DNA of 64,000 nucleotides from the NCBI GenBank assembly GCA_964016885.1, contig OZ024741.1, positions 169,818,001 through 169,882,000 of the forward strand, read 5' to 3'. A program made the translations under genes and the position numbers. Positions 15,590 through 29,940 of this stretch are shown piece after piece. How positions within the stretch are numbered: position 1 is the first letter of the stretch; each line of letters starts with the position of its first letter. The stretch comes from Eledone cirrhosa (lineage: Eukaryota). The notes below the pieces were generated by a model. The model was not told where the DNA came from, did not search any database, and saw nothing but the letters and a program-made list of their open reading frames with translations.

Positions 15590-15850
15590 AAAAACCTTAT
15601 TTGCCAACTGTTCCTTTACAAGTTTCACGAGAGCATCTGACCCAATCTCTACAAACTATTAGCCTTGGATTATAGTATATTTTGGGGTTTTGCTTTGTTT
15701 ATCTGTTGTTTAATTCTTTGATCAAGATAGATTTTTCCCAATTCCTTCATCATTGTAACTGCTAGTTGCAGCATACATTTAGATGATTAAAATCATGTAT
15801 GGCTTAATTGCCAATCTTATTGTGCATATTCCGCTGGAAACTTGGTGCTC
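15590..15850 (-). mobile_element. Degenerate AP-endonuclease fragment of an RTE-like LINE
   Basis: Minus strand ..ICTIRLAIKPYMILII*MYAATSSYNDEGI.. resembles the QVYAPT..DEE motif. Confidence 0.5.
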
Positions 15851-16361
15851 GATGTATTTCTTGGATAATGACCTTGAGAGACGAGAATAATTAATTAAAA
15901 TTACTCCAATACATGACTTGTACTTACTTTATCGATCTGATTCCCGGGAGGGTGAGACAACAAAACTGACCTTGAGAGAGGATAATTACTGATTAAAACT
16001 ACTCCAGTACACGACTTGCACTTATTCTATCGATCTGATTCCCGGGAGGGTGGAACAACAAAACTGACCTTTACTGGATTTGACCTCACATTATGTAAAG
16101 ATGTTATCGAATACCGCAAGCTACTTAATCTGTTGCTTCTATATCAATTCTTCCAATCCATTGCTCGGTTGGTAATTAAATATTGCAAAGTTGATGAGTT
16201 TGAATGTTTGCTGTAATTAATTAGCCGGATATTTCGCTGTTAGAAATGTCCAGCAGTAAAACAAACAAACAAACAAACAAACAGAATTAATAAAAACAAA
16301 ACTGTGTAGACGGAAAACTGAAATAAAAGAAAACAAAACAAAAACATAAATATATAGAAAT

Positions 16362-16364
<3 letters not shown>

Positions 16365-16443
<79 letters not shown>

Positions 16444-16915
16444 CAGACACACACACACACACACACACACACACGCGCGCACGACACACTCTCTAGCTTA
16501 CACACAGACACACACACACACGCACGCACTCTCTCGCTTACACACGCATATACAGACATACACACATATAAATACACATACACACTCTCTCGCTTACAGA
16601 AACACACATAAACACACATACACACACACCCGCACACACACCCGCACACACTCTCTCGCTTACACATACACACATACACACGCACACATACACGCGCTCT
16701 CACTTACAGAAACACACACACATGGACACACACTCACACATACACGCCCACATACACATACACACACGCACACGCACACACACACACTCCCTGTCTCGCT
16801 TACGCACACACGCACACACACACACACACGCACACACGCACACAACACACACATACACACACCCGCACACACGTACACTCACACATAAGCACTTTCTCGC
16901 TTAGACACAGGCACA
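16365..16915. repeat. (CA)n and degenerate CA-rich minisatellite (ctctcgctta interruptions)
   Basis: Direct reading. Confidence 0.9.
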
Positions 16916-17484
16916 CAAATAAAAGGAAGTAAAAGACAAAACAAAAGAATTAACAGAATTATACAAAATTCTGCAACAAAATAACGCCTTCTTCCTCCCC
17001 CTCTCCCATCCTTTTCCTCTCCCCCTACTCCTCCTATCGTTCACTCTCTAAAATCGCAAAAACGAAATAAGAAAAGAAAAACAAATTTCGCGGCGCCGCG
17101 AACGAAATATTCTGGGTTTTCTATTACTGAATATAACAGAATACGTTGATTATTAAAACAATGGGTGAATGGCTGCTTTAGTGAGGAATGTAATGTGTTT
17201 GGCTGGTTCGCTGGTTCGCTGGTTGGTAAGATGGTGAGTTGGGAGTTGATTTGGTGGCTAAATTTTCACCATTGTAGTGTCTCGTAATAAAATACTGTAA
17301 TGCATTTCATCTGAGGCACTAATGATTCTGCTAATCCACCATCTTAGACGACACAATATTGATATCGAGAGTTAGTGTTAGTGGTAACAGTGTTATAAGA
17401 AGTATCAGTCACGTCTATTATGAACATCACCATCCATAACAACTGAATAATAGAATGAACTCTAGAGATAATGAACACAACCAC

Positions 17485-17665
17485 AAGGATATGGTCCGAA
17501 CGTGGAAGAGCCGAACTCCCACTGTCATCGCCTCCATCTATCTCGCCCTCCCCATCCCTCTGTATGGTGAGCAAATGGGATCCACGTGCGTGCTGGCTTT
17601 CCCTCACAGCCCCGGCGGATAGAATGGAGAAAGCGTTTCCCCGGAGGATAGTAAGGGAGATATGC
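17485..17665 (-). mobile_element. CRE-clade RLE retrotransposon 3' fragment
   Basis: HISLTILRGNAFSILSAG; homologous to 45160-45325. Confidence 0.65.
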
Positions 17666-17883
17666 AACCCCATATTCATCCCGCTATTTCTTCATTGTTG
17701 CCTTATTGTGCCCCCAAAAGGTGTTTCATTCGTGCCTATGCTGTCTATGAGGTCTTAAAAGAGCAAAATCAGGCTTATTTCTTATTTAGGATATTTCACA
17801 TTGTTGTTTTGTCCCCGATGAGCTCTGGTTTTATTGGGACGTTAAAGGAGCAATCCTAGATACATTCTCTTTGTAGGAATAAT

Positions 17884-18069
17884 TGTTTCTACTTTTGGCA
17901 CAAGGCCAGCAATTATCTCAGTGTATTACTGATGCTTTATTTTATCAACCGCGTAAGGATGAAAGGCAAAGCCAATCTCGGCGGGATTTGAACTCAGAAC
18001 GAAAAGAGCCATAACTCTATGTTGCAAAGCATGGGGTCTAACGCTCTACCGATATTGCCAATCCACAAA
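17884..18069 (-). mobile_element. Meta-domain-like SINE
   Basis: 16-bp TSD tctttgtaggaataat at 17868-17883 and 18070-18085. Confidence 0.85.
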
Positions 18070-18767
18070 TCTTTGTAGGAATAATATTGCAGTATTATTC
18101 TACGGGCCAATACATTTCTAGCCGCTGATTTCTTTCCTTTGAGGTAAATTTTACCCGACGCCGCCATTTACGGTATTTTGTTGTTTTAACAGCTTCCTTG
18201 AGCTGAGTCCTTCAAGTTACTCTATGAATATTGAGTAGTGTTCCATTGTTATGTTTGGCTTCAAGCCAGTTAAAACCCAAGAGATCTATGATGAAAAGCC
18301 ATCCATACTTTCTTATTCTACCTTTTATCATTCAGACATGGTGTATCTAGGTCCGCATTTTCTAATAATCATTCCTTTCCGAAGACGACAGAATGAGGAA
18401 CACCTGGCTGCTATTTCAAGCAGGTCATATGGTCGCGTAAACCTTCCCCTCACATCCATTTTGTAGACTACACGACTTTTCTGAAGAGTTGCTTAATTAA
18501 GTTTAATTATTTTTCAAATATTAAATTGTGAAATTATAAAATTGTGAAATTCTAAATTAATTAAGATAGAATTACATGGTACTTCAAGCGTAGTTATTAA
18601 GAAGTTTTTGAAAATATTATTTTCTTTTAAATTTTACAATTTTTCTTTTCACCATTTGCATACAGTACACACATTTGCACCTGTCTCCTTATTCTCTCTC
18701 TTAGTATATATATATGCATCTTTGTTTTCGTCTTGCCTATTCTTAAACTATATATATATCTATATCT

Positions 18768-19055
18768 AAAGTCAAATGTCTCTCTCAAGCCCGGAGGCAC
18801 ACCAAGCCGGTGCTTATCCTGGTTTCCATGGCGTTAAGTGACAGAGAGTACAATACTCTCACCTGCACAGGACGCCAGTCCATTGCAGAGTTAATCTCCG
18901 AGCTAATACTAATACTCATCTTCAGTTGAGTATACTGGAGCAACATGAAATGAAGTTTTTTTCTCTAGAACACAACACATAACCCAGTCCAGGAATTGAA
19001 CCCATTTCGTTATGGTTGTAAGTCCAACAACCTTACCACTAGGCCACGAGCTTCC
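18768..19055 (-). mobile_element. tRNA-derived SINE, V-domain-like
   Basis: Homologous to 6347-6616. Confidence 0.75.
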
Positions 19056-19126
19056 ATTTTCACCCTGGACAGCCAAACATAATTACAAGGAATTACAGAG
19101 AACTATTGCACTATTGCAAATATATG

Positions 19127-20309
<1,183 letters not shown>

Positions 20310-20486
20310 CATCTTTTTTCCCTATATATATATATATTAATGACGCTCCTATTAATGACGTATTATTCGTTTTTTCCCGTTCTTTGCCAGCGAACGTTAC
20401 CACGAACCAAAGTATCGTCTTCCTGTCTTCCTCCGGTTGCAACGTTTTTGAAATATCCAGTTCTGCGTTTACAGATTGACTTTGTT

Positions 20487-20537
20487 AGTTTCAGAAGATC
20501 CCGTTAAGGGTGAAAGCAGCGATTCTTTGCTTAAACT
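20487..20537 (+). ncRNA. Variant type I hammerhead in 5' pLTR
   Basis: AGTTT-CAGAAGA-T CCC gttaa GGG T-GAAA-GCA gcgattctt TGC-TT-AAACT: all three stems pair; U4 is replaced by A and 10.1/11.1 is U-U. Confidence 0.6.
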
Positions 20538-20690
20538 TTAATCTGTTATTTTAATAAATATTTGCTCTACGGTTCTTATATATTTGATATATATTTTCCT
20601 TATCGAGCCCTCTTTGGATTTTAGTCTTCTATTTTATTATTATTACTATTTGGCTCCTTCGGTTGAGCACTCTACTGACTTATATTCATC

Positions 20691-22816
20691 ATGCAGAAAC
20701 ATCTGAATATTTCTACAAAGAACATACCCGTACCAAGCAGGAAAACATACCTAAAACTCCTGATACAGAAAACAGACGCGTTCATTAAAAGGTTGCGTTG
20801 GCGTGCCTTTTATTTCGATAATCCGCGAAAAGCAGACAACAAACAGGATAAATTTGGATTTAAAACTTATAATAACCCTTCGTGGAACCCAGCATTGCTA
20901 CCCTTCAAAAATGATGTCTTGGAACTCATTCGGAATATCAAATTTTGGAATAAGAGCAATTCCTTCCAGCAAGACCTGAAGAATAGAATTCGTTCTATTA
21001 AGGATTCTAACGCCGTGCACGTCCATTCCGACAAAACTGGCAACCTATATCAAGTGGAGCGCAGTACTTACCATCAACTACTACATAATGCTGTACTAAG
21101 GATTACCGTAAAACTAATCGGTGCGTCATCAACGAAATCAACGATGCTGGGTTTAAAATCACATCTGATCTCAACATCCTGGACCGGACCGAACCTCTGG
21201 ACCCTATCTCTCCCCACTTTACCTTTAAGGATCACAAATCCAATTTTCCGAACAACCCATCTATTCGGCTTATTAACCCTACGAAGTCCGATTTAGGTAG
21301 ACTTAGTAAAACGATTCTTGATAGAATTATACCTGAAACTAGAAGTTTGGCCCCTCTCGCACTGTGGAACAATTCTTTCGCGGTGATTGATTGGTTCAAC
21401 GGCATATGTAACAAGGAACATTGCCGTTTTATCCAATTCGACATCAACAATTACTACTCCTCCATCACTTTACCACTTCTCCTTAGAGCTATCAATTTCG
21501 CTAAAACACTCACAGTGGTTAAGGATTTTGAAGTTGATGTCATCCTTAATGCCCGAAAGTCGGTGATTAATTTCGACGACTCTATTTGGATTAAAAAATC
21601 CAATAGTACCCCACTCGACGTGAGTATGGGCGCCAGTGACTCTGCGGAGGTTACTGATCTTATTGGCGTTTTCCTTCTTTTCTCTATCAAGGACGAATTC
21701 CCCAACGCGGGCGGTGGTTTGTACCGTGACGATGGTCTTTTGACCATGACTAAGTGCGGACCTCGTGCTTGCGACAGGTTCAGAAAAGAACTCACAGCCT
21801 TCTTTAAAGGCTTCAACCTCTCTATACAGGTTGAGGCCAATCTCTCGGTCGTTAATTACCTCGACGTTACCCTCAATTTATTGAATGGGTTGTATTACCC
21901 GTATAGAAAGCCGAACGATACGCTTAATTACATAAGTAAGCATTCCAACCATCCTGCCAGCATAACCAAGAACCTGGTAAGAAACGTTTCGTTGAGGCTT
22001 TCCCGTCTTTCCACCAACGAGCGCATTTTCAACGACCATTCCACTTATTACAATGAAGCTCTTGCTCGAAGTGGATTTGTCGATAAGGTAGCATATACAG
22101 AGTACGAAAATAGACCTAGAAGAAATAGATCCCGTCGCATTTGTTGGTTTAACCCACCATATAATATGGAGGTGGCCATACCATTAGCTAAGATCTTTCT
22201 TTCCCTTATTACGATGCATTTTCCCCCTACACATAAATATAGTAACATTTTTAATAGAAATACTATTAAAATTTCTTACTCTACGACTCCTAACCTTGCA
22301 CATAACATCACAGCTTCAAATTTAGCTAAACTACCTAGCCGTAGGAACACGTGCAACCCTGTAGTTAGTACTAACTGTAATTGTAGGAATCGGGATGATT
22401 GCCCCCTATCCGGTAAATGCCTCTCTAGTAACATTGTCTACAAATGTAACGTTGCAACACCCACGTCCCGTAGGGCCTACATAGGGTTAACCGCAAATAG
22501 TTTCAAGCAGCGTCTTTACATGCATACCCATTCTTTTCGTTACCCTCTAAGAAGGAATATGACGTCACTTTCAGCTTATATCTGGAGTCTAAAAGACAAC
22601 TACACCCAATATAAGTTACACTGGGAGATCCTAGCTAGGGCTAGATCGTATAACGGAAATAAAAGACCATGTGACCTCTGCGCCGCTGAGGCCCTGGAAA
22701 TACTCTACGCTACAGACCACATCTTAAACAAAAAATCTGAGGCAATTTCGGCTTGTAAACATAAATTGCACAAAACTTTCCTGTATTACAGCCCCACGTT
22801 ATACCCTAACGGATAG
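20691..22816 (+). pseudogene. Penelope RT + C-terminal GIY-YIG endonuclease, about 708 aa, one 1-nt frameshift near 21094
   Basis: KDHKSNFPNNPSIRLINP, QFDINNYYSSI, MGASDSAEV, LYRDDGL, VNYLDV, IVYKC..AYIG; restoring one base joins ORFs 20691 and 21347. Confidence 0.92.
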
Positions 22817-23744
22817 CACGATCTATACGTGGATATTTTACGTCTTGATGTGGGAGCTAAGTATATGTTTTGTTTATTCCTTTACTTATTTGCATAGGTA
22901 AGTATATACTACCCGTATGTTTTGTGAAGGTATGTATACCTTCTCGTACGTATATTTGACTGTTATAGCGTATAATTTTTACATATTCTGGTATTTAGGG
23001 TTTGGCTATGTGTATACGTGAGTTTTGCGTCCGCGTGAGTGTGCAGGTTCGTACGTATGGTGGGCGTGTGTATATGTGTACTTCTTGTTTTAGTTGACTT
23101 ACGTCTCCGAACATTCGTGTATTTATATGTAGGTATGCGTGTGCGCTTGTTATATACGTATTTATTTACTTATATACGTTTATATAATTATTTATTTATT
23201 TGTACACATGCATACACACACACACATATTTATATGTGCGTGGTTTTGTATACCCATGGTAAGGTTTTGCGTATGCTTGTGTATGTACGTATCTGTTTGC
23301 GTGTATGTATTTATTTGTTTCTATTACTTCTGTATTGTATTTATTTACTTTGTTTTTAACTCTGTAGCGGAGATTCATTTGGTCTCCTAGTTAGAATTTT
23401 AGTCTACGATTTCTGCTATACCATTTACGTGGTTTTGTCTTTGCGTGCTATTGTTCTCCACGCTCCACATATGACTTATTATCTTCGTTTTTTCGTTCAT
23501 TGCCAGAGAACGTCTCTATGCACCACCTATGAGAACATTAGTCTACGACCTCTTTTATACCATAAACGTGGTTTTGTCTTTGCGCGTAATTGTTTTCCAC
23601 CGCTCCTATTAATGACGTATTATTCGGTTTTTCCCGTTCTTTGCCAGCGAACGTTACCACGAACCAAAGTATCGTCTTCCTGTCTTCCTCCGGTTGCAAC
23701 GTTTTTTGAAATATCCAGCTCTGCGTTTACAGATTGACTTTGTT

Positions 23745-23795
23745 AGTTTCAGAAGATCCCGTTAAGGGTGAAAGCAGCGATTCTTTGCTTAAACT
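23745..23795 (+). ncRNA. Variant type I hammerhead in 3' pLTR
   Basis: Identical to 20487-20537; lies about 17 nt upstream of AATAAA and (TA)n. Confidence 0.6.
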
Positions 23796-23811
23796 TTAAT
23801 CTGTTATTTTA

Positions 23812-23889
<78 letters not shown>

Positions 23890-24016
23890 GGAAAAGATGA
23901 AATCGAAAATGCAGCTGGAGTCTTTTTAAAAAAAAAAATATTTATTTGGTTCATTTACCGGTTTCGCAGTTCTTGTGTTGTGCTTTTCAAAAGTAGAATT
24001 GAGATGGAGGGTTTGT

Positions 24017-24073
<57 letters not shown>

Positions 24074-24094
24074 TTATTATGGCTAGGTAGTGAG

Positions 24095-24145
24095 TCTTAT
24101 TACTCTGGAGTTTCATCTGCGCACTCACGGGATCATTAGACAAGA
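24095..24145 (-). ncRNA. Hammerhead-like motif with G5A (probably decayed)
   Basis: TCTTGT-CTAATGA-TCCCGTGAGTGCGCAGAT-GAAA-CTC ca GAG-TA-ATAAGA; 6-bp stem I. Confidence 0.5.
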
Positions 24146-24269
24146 TGATTCTTCGAGTGTGCAGGTAAAATTCAAGATTAACAAGACTCACAACGTTATC
24201 AAAATAAAGGAATATTTTAAACTCTACCTCGGTATTGAGTACTATTTTCTCTCGTCCCGTCAGCTGCAT

Positions 24270-24307
<38 letters not shown>

Positions 24308-24448
24308 AATGAGTGAAGAATAACATGGATCGGATGTACAATAGGGTTTATTCAAAGTGTTAACAAATGTCTGGTGTGTCTAAAACCGATGTAAAATGCT
24401 ACGTCATTCGATTTTAATTACAATTGATACCTGACCAAATCTTCAGAA

Positions 24449-24552
<104 letters not shown>

Positions 24553-25027
24553 CGTGTGTGTGTGTGTGTATATAAGCAGCTTCTCTTATGACCATCCTCC
24601 AAAAAGGAAATATAAAGGCAACGATCATATCCGCTACCACCTCCTCTTCTACACAACCTCTCTCGACTGCTATAATGTAGAAATTCATATAAATGTTTGT
24701 ACATCTCCCTCCTTTCACTCACATATCCACTCCACAGAAGTCACCCAGTCACGTTTCAAAATCCGTCCTTCAAATATACGAACACACATACATGCGCGCG
24801 CACATACGCACAGTCACACACGCACACACACACACGCACGCCCGCATGCATGCATACGCCAATTGGTTACCTCGCTTCCCTAACCTCTCCAACTCGCAAA
24901 ATACCACTTGATCAGTAAATCTCTAAAATGGCGGACTGAATACGCTCGTGTGTTTTTCTTCGCATTTTTCCGTTCCTCCCCCTTCTCCCTATTTATCTTT
25001 CTAATTGATCTTTTATTTCTAATTCCA

Positions 25028-25063
25028 TCTTTTGATGAAGTACTAGTGTCCGAAACGTTAAGA
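25028..25063 (+). ncRNA. Minimal hammerhead-like motif with C3U (probably decayed)
   Basis: TCTT-TTGATGA-A-GTAC tagt GTCC-GAAA-CG-TT-AAGA; palindromic AACGTT. Confidence 0.5.
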
Positions 25064-25135
25064 CTAATTTCCTGCTATTTCAAGCGCTAAATATTTCTTT
25101 AATGTACTGTGTCGTCCGATTTATTTCTCTTTACC

Positions 25136-25218
<83 letters not shown>

Positions 25219-25242
25219 CACACACACAGATATATATTTATA

Positions 25243-25327
25243 TATTGGGTTGTAACAAAAGTTCATAACGTTTTTTAAGTAAAATTCATTACGAATATTT
25301 AAATAGTTGTACATATATTTATTCAAC
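25243..25327. mobile_element. Mariner-type terminal inverted repeat remnant
   Basis: ta-ttgggttgtaacaaaagttc..atttattcaa resembles mariner TIRs; the partner end was not found. Confidence 0.45.
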
Positions 25328-25439
25328 GGCTTCAGATCAGGAAATAAAGTGTTCTGGCAGACCATCCGCCGACTTTATAATAGAAACCCTCCTCCACACA
25401 TTCTATCTAGAATTAGAATGCGTCTAGGGTTCTCCTCTC

Positions 25440-25830
25440 TTCAGAGAGGCGCACCCTCGTAATGTGGAGATAATACTTTGCTGATCTTCTAAACCCGACC
25501 ACAACAGTATCTTCTGATGTAAAAGAGGTGCATCTGAGAGCGTTGACTAATCTCTTAGAGGCCGAGGTCACAAGATCAGTTAAAGCGTTCAAATGTGGAA
25601 AGGACACTGGGGAAGAGAAAATTCGACCCGCGATGGTGAAATCTTTAAATGGAGAAGGTATTTTCTGTCTGACACGTGTGTGTCGGGTGGCCTGACAGAC
25701 AACCCTATATTCAAAATAGGGCGCGCACCGGACAAAGACAATGGAATAAAACAACAGAAAGACGGACAGTCCTATCGCCTCAGTCAACATCTGGAAATCA
25801 CTACGGTTTCGGCTAATGAAGGTCGATATG
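25440..25830 (+). mobile_element. Degenerate RTE (Expander/Rex3-like) fragment
   Basis: WR*YFADLLNP..EAEVTRSVKAFKCGKDTGEEKIRPAMVKSLNGEG. Confidence 0.7.
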
Positions 25831-26193
25831 GTTCATTTCAGTGTACATTGGGACATAACAAAACAAGCAGAGTCAAATTATGCTTTTAGACAAATTACAC
25901 ACATATAGAGTGCGCGGGGGCTAACATATAGAAAGGGGAGGAATAGTAAAACAGAAGAGAATAAAGACGATAGTCCAACGTGCAGACAAAGGACATCGAG
26001 GTGTAGAAAAGGTAAGAAGGGAGAATAGAGGAAAACAGGCCTGGCAGTACGATGCTTATTATATGATAGTTTCAAAATCAATAAAATAAAGTACCAGTAA
26101 TGTACTGGGTAATTGCTGGTCTTGTGCCTAAAATAGAAACAATTATATGATAGTTTCAAAATAAGATATATATATATCCATATACATATACAT

Positions 26194-26242
<49 letters not shown>

Positions 26243-26373
26243 GACACACACACACATATATATATACATATATACATACATATACACATATATATATATA
26301 TAGTTAGGAAAGCAGAAAATTGGTTATTGTAATCCAGTTCGTGGTTAAGATTTCTTGGACGGTTTCCAATGTA

Positions 26374-26516
<143 letters not shown>

Positions 26517-26704
26517 GAAAGAATGAAATGAAATTTCATTTCTTACTCTTAGTACGGCTGATACTTAAATGTAAGTATGTATACGTACATACATATATGT
26601 ATACAACCCATACGTACATATATATATGTGTGCATGTATGTATATATATACATACTACTGTACGTCTATATACATATATGTATGTACGTATACATACTTA
26701 CATT

Positions 26705-26736
<32 letters not shown>

Positions 26737-26774
26737 TAGATTACAATAATCAAAGTTCAGTTTAAATCATTTAT

Positions 26775-26823
26775 TTGCTTACAATTGTTTCCTCCAAACC
26801 GAGGTTTGGATTCTTCGGAGCAA
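26775..26823 (-). ncRNA. Type I hammerhead with U4C core (family H4)
   Basis: TTGCT-CCGAAGA-A TCCAAAC ctcg GTTTGGA G-GAAA-CAATTG-TA-AGCAA; 5-bp stem I, 7-bp stem II, palindromic stem III. Confidence 0.7.
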
Positions 26824-26962
26824 CTATTTAGTGATCTATAACATACTTGACCTCCTTTTCAACACAAGAGACATATAAAAACATATACATATATTGACCC
26901 ACAGTGGGATGACATCCATTAAAATGATATAGCATGGCAATTTACATATAAAGGTTAAAGGA

Positions 26963-27161
26963 TAAAAATAAAAATAAAAATAAAAATAAAAATAAAAATA
27001 AAAATAAAAATAAAAATAAAAATAAAAATAAAAATAAAAATAAAAATAAAAATAAAAATAAAAATAAAAATAAAAATAAAAATAAAAATAAAAATAAAAA
27101 TAAAAATAAAAATAAAAATAAAAATAAAAATAAAAATAAAAATAAAAATAAAAATAAAAAT
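26963..27161. repeat. (TAAAAA)n hexamer array
   Basis: Direct reading. Confidence 0.95.
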
Positions 27162-27251
27162 GAAACATTGGCTGTTTATGAAAATAAAGCAAGAGGAAAG
27201 TTTAGAGTAGTGAGTGTATGAAACAATCTCAGGTGTAGCATGCATGCGTGT

Positions 27252-27285
<34 letters not shown>

Positions 27286-27539
27286 TTAAACAGTTCTATA
27301 TATATATAGAACTGTTTCATTCGTATGAAATCATCATGAATGTAAGATAAAGTTGGTCAGTTCTGGTTATTTATAGGTGTCTCAGTTGGTAGTTGAGGAT
27401 GGTTGTGGTGGTGGTGGTGGTGGTGGGGTCTATGTAATGGTTTGGGTATCTAGTTGTGGTGGGTGGGAAGAAGGAGAGAGGAGGAAAGGAGAAAGGTTAC
27501 TTGATATATGGCGATGAAATAAGAAAACGGCCGGTGCTT

Positions 27540-28480
27540 TGGAGTTAATAAGAAGCTTGGTATATACGATTTAGTCACAGGTGTCTTATCAAAAGTATTA
27601 AGATATGTTGGTTTCAGTTTATATAATTTGTGTTGAAAATGTGAAGAGGAGAGAAATAAGTTAGGTTTCAAGGATTATTAAAAGAAAGACCAGACAGAAA
27701 AATGAAAGAAATGGCGTCTGAAGTTTAAATATGTTAATGGGGAGAAAGGTGAGATGAATAATGTCTAAAATAAATTAAAAAAAAACATTATTAGGGAGTA
27801 TAAACGGTTTTAGAAAGATTTTAGTTACGTGATTAACAGGACCAGAGTAATTTTAAAAAGAAAGGATAATATAAATAGTAGGAGTTATTGATGTAGATTA
27901 GGTTTAAAAAAAAAAAAATAGAAGACTGTTAGAAAAATTCAATGAGATGTCTGAATTCTTAAAAGTGTGATGTAATTAAAAATAATTACCATTAATATAA
28001 TTAGTATTAATTCTGATTAATTTATGGGTTAATTTATTCGCTATTAAAAAAAAGATATATCCAGAATATTTATAAATATTGAGTAAATGTGGGTAGATTA
28101 AATAATAGTAGGTGCTTTGATAAGAAGTGTTAAAGTTATAAATAGAGTGCTGAAGATGGTAAATTCATATATTCTATTATAAATACGTATTTGTTGATAA
28201 AAGGCTATCAGCTATGAAGTAATATGTTGTTGAGATTCTACATATACTATAGTGGAAGAGAGAGTAGCCTAGTTTTGTAAACAATAAAAAGGAAAGAATG
28301 AAAGTTGCAAGAGTAGTTATGAATTTAGAAATAAAGCAGTTCAAAGCCAGATTATTGATTAGTTAATTAATTCTGTAAGTTAGTAAGAAATCTATTAAGA
28401 GATATAATATGATTCAAATGTTATTAGGGAAGATTTCTTAGGTACGAATCATTATCGGGAAGAGATACGATTAAAGAAAA
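27540..28480 (-). mobile_element. Possible highly decayed LINE remnant
   Basis: Weak motifs IYKYSGY and HKLYKLKP..KSYIPS resemble CR1/L2 RT C-termini. Confidence 0.3.
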
Positions 28481-28522
28481 TGCTATTAAGTAGAATTAAG
28501 GTAAGGCATATCACTTTGAATT

Positions 28523-28657
<135 letters not shown>

Positions 28658-29289
28658 CACACACACACACACACATATAAATATATGTTTAACTTAAAGT
28701 GATATGCCTTACCTTAATTCTACTTAATAGCATTTTCTTTAATCTTATCTCTTCCAGATAATGGTTAGTATCTAATTTATATACAACACCGAATCTTATA
28801 CTCAGTTTCCACCATAAGAAATCTTATGGACACTCAAAGCAAAAACATACACATCTTTTAATCCGCTCCATTCTACCCAAAATTGCCTCGGAAATGTTAC
28901 CTTTTAGTCAATGTTTGCTGTCATGAGAAATTACGATATCTATCGTTATTGAAATATGTATAACGGCTCAATTAATAAAGGACCCTAACATCTCCAGCTT
29001 TGCATTTTCCTCTTCTTTATTAATATACTCCGTCATCCTTGTTTTTAGGAAGTAATATGTTTTGCACTTACTTGTAATACACCTACCCACCCAACCACAC
29101 CCCCACACATACAGACCCCCCCACATATATATAGTGGTAAGAAACTCTCTGGAGAGCTGGACAACAGAAGGTCTTCTTTGCGGCTTTAATTGCAGAATCG
29201 CCACTATTTTCAAAATGTATTCCCAGTTCTTCCGCAAACTTCCTACTTTTCTTTGTAACTAAATGCAACACATTCTTCCTTTCATCATT

Positions 29290-29397
29290 TAATCATCTGT
29301 GGTTTTAAGATATTGATCGAGTCCAGTGGTCGATATTCTGTATGGATCATTCCTACATCTGTTTTTTCTAAGGAGATAAAGGCGATTCACATCTGCT

Positions 29398-29400
<3 letters not shown>
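29290..29400 (-). mobile_element. Small R4/Dong-like fragment beside (ATC)n
   Basis: ADVNRLYLLRK..TTGLDQYL versus ADIDRIYLPRK..TATIGLSTYL in ORF 50186-50962. Confidence 0.55.
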
Positions 29401-29428
<28 letters not shown>

Positions 29429-29470
29429 CACCGTCACCATCATCATCATCATCATCACGATCACCACCAC

Positions 29471-29509
<39 letters not shown>

Positions 29510-29511
29510 TA

Positions 29512-29940
29512 ATTCCATATGGGGCTGGTGCAGTTGCTACTCTCACTGCCATGTAAGACCATATCCAGAAAAATGCCACTCGGCTAATCGGTTTAAAGTC
29601 CCTAATACATGTACCAGAGACATGCTGTCTCTCCACGTCTGATTCTTCTATCATTACCTCAAGGGCTTCCGCTTGGTGGAGTTTGCTGGCCTCATGTCAC
29701 CTCTATTTATATATCCCATGTTGTATCCAACATCTCATGCCTCACACTAACCACTATATTCACAGCTATTCCTACCTAGAATATTGATCCTTTGGACTCC
29801 CTTAGTGCTCATGACTATCCGAGAGACATTGATCTGCGGCAATTTCAACAAGACGTGAACAGCATCAACCTCTGGGGTCACGGAGGGCCTATGGAGGCCA
29901 TTGACACTTTCCTTTCCTCCATACCTACCAGGTAAAATAC
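29512..29940 (+). mobile_element. Degenerate CR1/Jockey-like LINE 3' fragment
   Basis: A frameshifted HIW.GA-like motif followed by DHIQKNATRLIG. Confidence 0.5.

Larger units (their letters stand above)
20338..23818 (+). mobile_element. Near full-length Penelope-like element with direct pLTRs
   Basis: pLTR 20344-20560 is repeated at 23600-23818; RT + GIY-YIG ORF; flanked by (TA)n. Confidence 0.95.

Noticed and set aside
28912-28965. Hairpin acgata-tc-tatcgt followed by GAAATATGTA
   Set aside because: The 5' core is interrupted (CTGTCATGA); too decayed to call.
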